Origin: Elusimicrobiaceae bacterium
GTDB taxonomy: Bacteria; Elusimicrobiota; Elusimicrobia; Elusimicrobiales; Elusimicrobiaceae
Reading direction: 5' to 3'
DNA length: 64,000 nt
Assembly: GCA_045593745.1 (NCBI GenBank)
Contig: JAZNXF010000012.1
Coordinates: forward strand, 21,575-85,574
The position numbers and the translations under genes are program-made. This document shows positions 57,193 through 64,000 of the stretch, one piece after another; position 1 is the stretch's first letter, and every line of letters starts with the position of its first letter. The notes under the pieces are model-generated. The model made no database searches. It was not told where the DNA came from and worked only from the letters and a program-made list of their open reading frames with translations.

Positions 57193-57813
57193 ATGAAGAA
57201 TTTAGAAATAGAATGTAAATTTGATGCCAATGTGCGCGGAGCATTTGTTCGTGCAACACATTTCTTACGTGTCTTAAACCCGGCTATTTCCGCGCGCATT
57301 TTACCCATTCAGGATACATATTTGGACCATATCTCGCGTGATTTATCAAGCCAAAAAATTGCTTTGCGCGTGCGTAATACCGGCGGAAACTGGGAAGCCA
57401 CTTTTAAAACACGTACAGAAATTATTAACGGCAAAGCCGTACGGCGTGAGGAAACCTTACCGCTGGTCCATACAACCACGCTTGCCGAAGCATTAAAAGA
57501 GTTGGCAAGGAAAGGCCGCTGGCAAAAAATAGACGTAACCCAATTAGTACCGCAGTTTGTTATTTCCAACAAACGCAGTGTTTTTAACCTCAGTTACCAA
57601 GGAGCATTATTGGAAATTGCTTTGGATAATTTTGCTATTTTGGTAGCGGGTAGAAAACTTACCAGTAAAGAAATTGAAATAGAATTAAAACGCGGAAATG
57701 AAAAATCATTAGAAAAATTTGTGCAACTTTTTGAAGCGTATACCCATTTAAAACGTGCCAAAATTTCAAAAGTAAAAACGGCAGAATTATTATTACGCGC
57801 GTTTTCAAAATAA
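57193..57813 (+). CDS. CYTH-domain protein
   Basis: EIECKF, DTYLD, ALRVR, EIALD, EIEIELK. Confidence 0.88.
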   Translation: MKNLEIECKFDANVRGAFVRATHFLRVLNPAISARILPIQDTYLDHISRDLSSQKIALRVRNTGGNWEATFKTRTEIINGKAVRREETLPLVHTTTLAEALKELARKGRWQKIDVTQLVPQFVISNKRSVFNLSYQGALLEIALDNFAILVAGRKLTSKEIEIELKRGNEKSLEKFVQLFEAYTHLKRAKISKVKTAELLLRAFSK

Positions 57814-58034
57814 AATTCATAAAAAATAATTGCATGTTGTCAACCCTAAAAAATGATTACACAAAAATTATTTTTACCGTCTGAAAAATGCAAAAAAATA
57901 CTGATAAAACAAACAAAAAAATATACTTGATTTTTTGTAAAAAAATAAGTTTAGACGTAAAAAGTATTGCATTTTAAAAATTTTTGTGCTATTATTTTTA
58001 TGAGGTTAAAACTAATTGTCTTAGGAGATTAAAA

Positions 58035-58307
58035 ATGGCTGTTAAAAAAACCGTGAAAAAAGTAGCCGCCAAAAAACCGGCTGCTAAAAAAGTAGCAGTG
58101 AAAAAAGCCGCCGTAAAAAAACCGGCAAAAAAAGTAGTAGCCAAAAAAGCATGTGCTAAAAAAGCGTGTGCCAAAAAGGCCTGCGCTAAAAAAGTAGCCG
58201 TAAAGAAAGTTGCCGTAAAAAAAGCCGCTGTAAAAAAAGTTGCTAAAAAAGCGGTAAAAAAAGTTGCCGCCAAAAAACCGGCTAAAAAAGTAGCAAAAAA
58301 GAAATAA
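58035..58307 (+). CDS. Histone H1-like Lys/Ala-rich nucleoid protein
   Basis: xAKKx pentapeptide repeats; AGGAG RBS before ATG 58035. Confidence 0.82.
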   Translation: MAVKKTVKKVAAKKPAAKKVAVKKAAVKKPAKKVVAKKACAKKACAKKACAKKVAVKKVAVKKAAVKKVAKKAVKKVAAKKPAKKVAKKK

Positions 58308-58321
58308 TTTAGTACCGTTGT

Positions 58322-58363
58322 AAAAAATCCCCGCCCAAGCATTTGCAAGGGCGGGGATTTTTT
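58322..58363. terminator. Bidirectional terminator
   Basis: AAAAAATCCCCGCCC...GGGCGGGGATTTTTT between convergent genes. Confidence 0.8.
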
Positions 58364-58377
58364 GTGAAGTGTTTATA

Positions 58378-58887
58378 TCAGTCCCAATTGCGTGGTAATA
58401 ATTGCTTAATTAGCTCGCACGTTAATTGCCCATGAGGAGCATATTCCTCGTCGTATTGACAGTGACATGTGGGTTGTCCATTGATTATGTCACATTCAAA
58501 ATAAGTATCCACCGGGTCTTCTGCTAATGCCACTTTCCAATACATTTCATTATTTTCAGATACGGCCCAAGCTACATAACGAAAATAATCATCGTCACAA
58601 TGAAATTGGCCTTCTGACATGCGGCATGATGTATGGGGAACAAGGTTTGGTAGGGGGTTATCTGTGGGGTTTGTTGAAGCCCATTTGTCTGTGTCTTGAG
58701 CGAGGATATCTAGCACCATTGCTTTTTCTACACTATTTATAAATGCCATGGGCCTAGCCGTTAACCGTGCTTTCCATACGGCCTTTTGATACTGTGGTAA
58801 CGCCACCGCCGCCAAGATACCGATAATTAACACCACTACCAACAACTCTATAAGCGTAAAACCCCGCCGGGTACTATTTATTGTCAT
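58378..58887 (-). CDS. Type IV pilin (PilE-like)
   Basis: MTINSTRRG|[24 protein letters not shown]; GGAGG RBS. Confidence 0.92.
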   Translation of the reverse strand: MTINSTRRGFTLIELLVVVLIIGILAAVALPQYQKAVWKARLTARPMAFINSVEKAMVLDILAQDTDKWASTNPTDNPLPNLVPHTSCRMSEGQFHCDDDYFRYVAWAVSENNEMYWKVALAEDPVDTYFECDIINGQPTCHCQYDEEYAPHGQLTCELIKQLLPRNWD

Positions 58888-58922
58888 ATTTCCTCCTTCA
58901 TTCTGTTGGGGATATAGACAAT

Positions 58923-59070
58923 AAAAACGGCTATAATGTCGCCTGGGAGTATCAGCAACCAAACGCCAAACAGCCGTAGTTCCGCGCAAAACGGAACATT
59001 AAACAGAAAATATCTCCGGAGCAACCCTTCGGTATTTTCTGTCTTAACGACTGTTTTGGGGCTGATACTC
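58923..59070 (-). ncRNA. Candidate structured pilin-leader RNA, copy C
   Basis: On the minus strand: GAGTATCAGC/GCTGATACTC outer stem, hairpin, TAATG, hairpin, CTACGGCTGTTT, TAGCCGTTTTT. Confidence 0.8.
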
Positions 59071-59350
59071 GTTTTAATTGTCTAAAACTTGCCTGCTAAC
59101 GCAGGAACCCAAAACAGAATAAATTTTTTATTACCTTTTTATTCTACATAATTTCTGTTTCTTTTAATAGGTATTTGGGAAAAAACGTAAGTACAAAACA
59201 AAACTTGACAAAACTAACAAAATTTGCTAACTTAAATACACAAGGCAATCAAACAAGCCGCAACCCACCTTTCAAAAGCACATTTTTGCGGCATCCAAAA
59301 CAAAAAAATCCCGCCGGATAACCGGCAGGATACAAAATGAATGTAGTATC

Positions 59351-59527
59351 TTATAATTTGGCAAATAAGGTAATGGCTAAAATAGCCACTAACAACGCTG
59401 TCAAACTGTAAGACAACCACCGTGCGCTTTTTTTGCTCCCCTGAGGGAACACTTTGCGGGTAATGATATAAAACCCCGGCACGGCCAGTAATACTACAAA
59501 TATCAAAATAAAAACAAGACCAGTCAT
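59351..59527 (-). CDS. Small 2-TM membrane protein
   Basis: GGAGGAG RBS; 58 aa, two hydrophobic segments. Confidence 0.65.
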   Translation of the reverse strand: MTGLVFILIFVVLLAVPGFYIITRKVFPQGSKKSARWLSYSLTALLVAILAITLFAKL

Positions 59528-59584
59528 ATCTCCTCCGTGAGAATATGATAGTAAATTTTGCACGTTGTGTAAAAAAGGAAATCT

Positions 59585-61078
59585 ATGAAAAAAACAGAAC
59601 ACTATTTAAAACGCTACCAAGCGTTAAAACAAACAAGGTCTGCGTGGATGAATACCTGGAAAGAATTATCCACTTATATTGCACCCACGCGGGGGGTGTT
59701 TGAAGTGCAGGCCCCGCATGCGGCCAAACGTATAGACCACAAAACCCTGCTGGATAGTTCCGCCTCTCTGGCAGTGGGTATATTAGGGGCTGGCCTGATG
59801 AGCGGACTGACCAGCCCCTCGCGCCGGTGGTTTCATCTTACCTTGCGCCATGCGTATTTAAAGCAACTGCCCGGTGTGTCGGCGTGGCTACTGGAGGTTC
59901 AAAAAAGTATAGAACGCGCTTTGGCCAAAAGTAACTTGTACGCTGTGTTGCAAAGCGTGTACGAAGAAGTCAGCGTATTTGGCACAGCGGCTTTCTTGGT
60001 AGAAGAAGACCCGCAAGGGGGTATTTTCTGCCGTCCGTTTACCGCCGGGGAATATGTGCTGGATATAGACGAAAAAGGCCGCGTGAATACCTTTGGGCGG
60101 GAATTTAGCATGACGGCAGGGCAATTGGCCTCTTTCTTTGGAATTGATAATTTGCCACCGGCTATCCGTTTGGAGTTAGAGGGGCAGCAAGCATCTGCCC
60201 AGCACCAGGTAATACACCTTATTTTCCCTAATCCGCAAGCGGACAGTAAGTGGGAAGATTATATGCACTTTGCCTATAAATCGGTCTATATGCTTACAGA
60301 CGGAACCTTACTGCGGGAAGGGGGATACCATGAATTTCCGGTAGTGGCAGTCCGTTGGGAAACAAAAAATACTTCGGAAATTTACGGCCGCGGCCCGGGG
60401 TGGAAAGTGTTGGGCGACGTAAAAATGCTTCAAAAAATGCAAAAAACCAAACTGGTGGCCTTAGACAAAAACACCAACCCGCCCGTCATGGTGTCTGCCA
60501 GTGTGCAAGGGGAAGTGAATTTACTTCCGGGGGGAATTACGCGGTGCAATAGTTTAACGGATGCCGCTGTAAAACCTGCCTACCAGGTACAGGCAGATTT
60601 ATCCTCGTTAGATGATACGATGGAGCAAGTGCGCCACACCATTAGTTCCCACTTTTTTGCAGATGTGTTTTTAATGTTGTCTTCGCAGGATTCTCCTACC
60701 CGCACGGCGGCTGAAGTAGCCGAACGCCGCCAGGAAAAAATGCTTATGTTGGGGCCTGTGTTTCAGCGGTTAAAAACGGAACTGTTAGACCCGCTGATTG
60801 AGCGTACTTATTTTATTTTGCTACGCCAAGGCATATTGCCGCCCGCTCCGGAATATTTGCACGGCCTGGAGTTGCAGGTAACCTATATTTCCACGATCGC
60901 CCAGGCCCAGCGTGCCAGTGCGGTGGAACCGTTACTGCAGGGGCTTGAACTGGCAGAACGTATTGCGCAAAGTGACCCGGCTTCTATCAGTCAGTTAGAT
61001 TACGCACATGCACTACGGGAAGGATTGGAAAGTTTAGGCGTAGATGCGATGCTTTATCCCCAGGAGAACAATCAATGA
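59585..61078 (+). CDS. Phage portal (head-tail connector), T7/BPP-1-like
   Basis: GLMSGLTSPSRRWF, YGRGPG, RTAAEVAERRQEKMLMLGPV..RL..ELLDPLIER. Confidence 0.9.
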   Translation: MKKTEHYLKRYQALKQTRSAWMNTWKELSTYIAPTRGVFEVQAPHAAKRIDHKTLLDSSASLAVGILGAGLMSGLTSPSRRWFHLTLRHAYLKQLPGVSAWLLEVQKSIERALAKSNLYAVLQSVYEEVSVFGTAAFLVEEDPQGGIFCRPFTAGEYVLDIDEKGRVNTFGREFSMTAGQLASFFGIDNLPPAIRLELEGQQASAQHQVIHLIFPNPQADSKWEDYMHFAYKSVYMLTDGTLLREGGYHEFPVVAVRWETKNTSEIYGRGPGWKVLGDVKMLQKMQKTKLVALDKNTNPPVMVSASVQGEVNLLPGGITRCNSLTDAAVKPAYQVQADLSSLDDTMEQVRHTISSHFFADVFLMLSSQDSPTRTAAEVAERRQEKMLMLGPVFQRLKTELLDPLIERTYFILLRQGILPPAPEYLHGLELQVTYISTIAQAQRASAVEPLLQGLELAERIAQSDPASISQLDYAHALREGLESLGVDAMLYPQENNQ

Positions 61079-61374
61079 ACCCAAGTAAACTAAAAAAACG
61101 TTTTACCTATGATATGCAAACCGTACTAAAAACCCCAGCAGGCCGCCGCGTCTTATGGCGCATTTTGCAAGCCGCACAAATCCGCCAACATGGTTTTGTG
61201 CCGGGGGACAGTACCTCCACTTCCTTTCATTGTGGACAGCGCAGTATTGGCCTATTTTTGCTTGATGAAATTGAACAAGCACACCCCGGTGCTTATCAAC
61301 AGATGCGCGGGGAATATGTGGCGGAAGTAACTTCCGCCCAACAACAATTAAACCAGGAGAATAACCATGACTAA
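61075..61374 (+). CDS. Phage protein (BPP-1 Bbp19-like)
   Basis: VLKTPAGRRVLWRIL...F..G.RSIGL.LL pattern after the portal. Confidence 0.75.
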   Translation: MNPSKLKKRFTYDMQTVLKTPAGRRVLWRILQAAQIRQHGFVPGDSTSTSFHCGQRSIGLFLLDEIEQAHPGAYQQMRGEYVAEVTSAQQQLNQENNHD

Positions 61375-61897
61375 CCCAGAAACCGATTTACACGCACCGG
61401 CCGTGGCTACAGAAACTACGGTAGCCCGCACACAGCCGGCCGAACCTGCAGACCCGTATGCCGCAGTATCCCTGCCGGAAAATTCCTTACTTGGTGCAGA
61501 ACAGTTGGCGGCGTTCAAACAAACCGCTACTGAAGCCAATCTGCCGGCCGCTTCTCTGCAAAAGTGGCTCACGTTAGAAGAAACCCGCCTGCAAACACTT
61601 GCCCAACACCAGCGCGAAGAAAAACAACGTACGCTTGAGCAATGGGCTAGCCAGACGCAAGCAGAATGGGGGCCTAACTGGCAAGAGGAAGTTTCCCGCG
61701 CGGTCCGTGCCGCCGACGTATTTGGCGGCCCGGAACTGCGGCAACTGTTAGAAGAAACGGGGCTAGGAAACCACCCGGCGATAGTCCGTACCTTCGCCGG
61801 AATTGGCAAACGGATGAGTGAAGATGTGACCCCCGGCGGAGCAACGCATGCTTCAGCGGATAAAACCTTCACCCAGGCGTTGTACGGAAAAAATTAA
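61367..61897 (+). CDS. Phage capsid scaffolding protein
   Basis: EWG..W, TGLGNHPAIVRTF..IGKRMSED, LYG C-terminus. Confidence 0.8.
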   Translation: MTNPETDLHAPAVATETTVARTQPAEPADPYAAVSLPENSLLGAEQLAAFKQTATEANLPAASLQKWLTLEETRLQTLAQHQREEKQRTLEQWASQTQAEWGPNWQEEVSRAVRAADVFGGPELRQLLEETGLGNHPAIVRTFAGIGKRMSEDVTPGGATHASADKTFTQALYGKN

Positions 61898-61909
61898 GGA
61901 GAAAAATCT

Positions 61910-62887
61910 ATGGCAATTATTGCAGATAAACAATATAACTTGGTGGATTACGCCAAGCAATTTGACCCCTCCGGCCAAGAATTGGCTATTGCAGAGGTAC
62001 TCAGCCAGTCCAATGATATGATTGGGGATGCGCTTGTTACGGAAAGTTCGTTGGATTCCGGGCATGAATATGCGGTTCGTACCGGTATCCCGGAAGGAAC
62101 CTGGCGCCGTGCTTATCAGGGTATTGAACCTGCCAAAGCAACTACTAAAGTAGTGGTGGAAAGTTATGGTACGCTGTCTGCCTATTCGGTAGTGGATAAA
62201 TTAGTGGCGGAAAAAGGCGGGCATGTAGATGCTGTGCGTACGGGCCAATCCCGCGCGATTATTGCGGGTATGTCGGCATCCATGGCCTCTAACCTCATCT
62301 ATGGTAATGCAGGGACTACGCCGGAACGGTTTACCGGGCTGGCTGCGCGGTATAATGAACTGTCCGGTGCGGAATCTTCCCGCAACGTCATTGATGCGGG
62401 GGGAAGCACCCATGGGCAAAATTCCTCTATTTACCTAGTGGTGTGGGATACCGATAAAGTGTTTACCTTCTTCCCCAAGGGGTCCAAAGCCGGTATCCAA
62501 CGCGTGGACTATGGATTAGTAAACCATGTGGATGCCGCCGGTAACGAGTTCCCCGCCTACAAAGAGTATTTTGAGTGGAAACTAGGTCTTGCCGTGCAAG
62601 ATTGGCGTTACGCGGGGCGTATTTGCAACATTGATGTAACCAATGTTCCCTCTACGCTTATTGACAGCATGTGTGACCTGGAAGAACGTATTCAAAGTTT
62701 GTCTTTGGGTAAACCGGTTTGGTATATGAACCGTACGGTGAAGGCCGCCTTGCGTAAACTCACGACCAACCGCTCTAACATTCAATACACGCCGGACCAA
62801 ATTACGTCTAGACCTTTAATGACGTTTAATGAAATCCCGGTGCATATTTGTGATGCTATCCGCGACGACGAAAACGTAGTCGCCTAA
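61910..62887 (+). CDS. Major capsid protein (BPP-1 Bbp17-like)
   Basis: RTGIPEGTWRRAYQG, FTGLAARY, GLAVQDWRYAGRICNID. Confidence 0.9.
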   Translation: MAIIADKQYNLVDYAKQFDPSGQELAIAEVLSQSNDMIGDALVTESSLDSGHEYAVRTGIPEGTWRRAYQGIEPAKATTKVVVESYGTLSAYSVVDKLVAEKGGHVDAVRTGQSRAIIAGMSASMASNLIYGNAGTTPERFTGLAARYNELSGAESSRNVIDAGGSTHGQNSSIYLVVWDTDKVFTFFPKGSKAGIQRVDYGLVNHVDAAGNEFPAYKEYFEWKLGLAVQDWRYAGRICNIDVTNVPSTLIDSMCDLEERIQSLSLGKPVWYMNRTVKAALRKLTTNRSNIQYTPDQITSRPLMTFNEIPVHICDAIRDDENVVA

Positions 62888-62939
62888 ACTTATAGGGGCG
62901 GGAAAAATGCCCCGCCCTGATCATAATTAAGGAGAACTT

Positions 62940-63329
62940 ATGCTATTAGATCAAAATACCATGTTTTCAGATGCCCAGAATCTGCGGGCTACCGGTGCTA
63001 GTACCAATACGTTAGACCTGACTTCGGCAGGAAATGCGGTACCTGGCCGTTTGGTGTTAATTGCGCATGCCGATACGGCATTTGTGGGGGCTACGCAGGT
63101 AATTTGCGCCTTGCAAACATCAGATAAGGCCGACTTTTCCTCCGGCGTTGTTACGCTGGCCAGTGCCACGGTAAGCGGTAGCCAGCTGGCAGATACTGAA
63201 AAAAATCTCTTTGCGCTGGGTATTCCGGTAGGGATGAAACGCTATTTGCGGATGTATTATACCGTAACGGGTACTGTTACGGCCGGAGCGATTAGCTGTT
63301 TTGTGGCGGATGTAGCGGATATGAGATAA
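62940..63329 (+). CDS. Capsid cement protein (BPP-1 Bbp16-like)
   Basis: MLLDQNTMFSDAQ, STNTLDL, RYLRMYYTV.G. Confidence 0.8.
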   Translation: MLLDQNTMFSDAQNLRATGASTNTLDLTSAGNAVPGRLVLIAHADTAFVGATQVICALQTSDKADFSSGVVTLASATVSGSQLADTEKNLFALGIPVGMKRYLRMYYTVTGTVTAGAISCFVADVADMR

Positions 63330-63770
63330 CCTCTCAGGGGTGCTGTTTATGGTTTAGCGGCACCCCGCCAGTTTTCTATTGTGGAGTATTAGATACCCCC
63401 TTATGGGTTGCAAGCGAAAATAGCCCTCAATTTGTAAAAAAGCGTGAAAAAATAACTATTTTATGGCATAAAATGATAGTTTTTAAGCCATTTTGCGCGC
63501 TACTAGTGGGGAAATAACTGGATAAAAAACATCGGATATATTCTTTTGGGTTGTATTTTGTTTGGATTTTAAAAATATATATAAAAATTAAAATACTTAA
63601 ATTTTAATTATTTTTTTAATAATATGTGCTTTTTATTAAAACAAAATGAAATTTAATAAAATTTTGTATGTAAATAAAAATATCTATTAAATAATATAAT
63701 CTAAAATTATATCTATATTTAAAATTATAAAACATATAAAAAATAAACATTTTTAAAATATGGAGATAAA

Positions 63771-64000
63771 ATGTACACATCAACATCTGTTTGTAATATG
63801 GCTCTTGCTTATTTGGGGCAATCTCCCATTTCCTCTTTAAAACAAGATAACGAACGTGCCAGATTGTTACAATTATTTTATAATCCGGTACGTGACGAAG
63901 TGTTACGCACCCATAATTGGGCCTTTGCCACCGTGGAAAAACCTCTCATCCGCGTAGTTCCCGAGGCAGAAAAAATGGGGCGTTTTCTATATAAATATCC
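63771..64000 (+). CDS. Phage tail tubular/adaptor protein (5' part; runs off the right edge)
   Basis: GGAG RBS; MYTSTSVCNMALAYLGQSPISSL...RDEVLRTHNWAFA. Confidence 0.75.
   Translation, partial: MYTSTSVCNMALAYLGQSPISSLKQDNERARLLQLFYNPVRDEVLRTHNWAFATVEKPLIRVVPEAEKMGRFLYKY

Larger units (their letters stand above)
59585..64000 (+). mobile_element. Podovirus-like virion gene module (prophage remnant or GTA-like)
   Basis: Portal-Bbp19-scaffold-capsid-cement-tail adaptor order; no terminase or integrase at its left edge. Confidence 0.7.

Noticed and set aside
57998-58348. Antisense Phe/Ala-rich 116-aa ORF
   Set aside because: Mirror of the AAA/GCx repeats in the H1-like gene, which has the RBS
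59585-64000. Diversity-generating retroelement, given the BPP-1-like genes
   Set aside because: No reverse transcriptase or TR/VR repeat pair visible in this window

Overview
Chromosomal window from a bacterium, probably Elusimicrobiota. This is inferred from the dispersed pilE-like genes with TRRG|[14 protein letters not shown] leaders and the general gene content; no search was run. Bases 1-32 kb are mostly housekeeping: alpha-2-macroglobulin (partial), rplS-trmD-khpA-rpsP, rpe-PASTA-fmt, smpB, hydG, RNase HI/HII, rnpB, PNP, nadE, an MsbA-like exporter and an Mla-type ABC operon. Four very divergent type IV pilin genes are scattered across the window (4.0, 20.6, 34.9 and 58.9 kb). Each is preceded by the same ~150-nt structured leader, whose helices covary, whose junction motifs (AATG, TACGGCTGTT, GCCGTTTTT) are invariant, and which can form mutually exclusive antiterminator and terminator folds. 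This candidate new riboswitch-like RNA is the most notable signal. Two of the pilins carry in-frame palindromic insertions in the cleavable leader peptide. A Pif1-type helicase fused to a MIT_C/PLD-like domain lies at 32-34.4 kb. From ~35.7 to 56 kb, a composite island beside tRNA-Val(TAC) holds a PIN-like gene, Bro-N, a LexA-like switch, SNF2 plus Type III R-M with two embedded passenger genes, DUF2924/DUF5681 genes, a decayed large serine recombinase split by a 2-kb phage head fragment (MuF-toxin, scaffold, cement) and a Fic gene. From 59.6 kb to the end lies a BPP-1/T7-like podovirus head module with no terminase or integrase in front of it, either a remnant or a GTA-like domesticated module. 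No CRISPR array or rRNA was seen.
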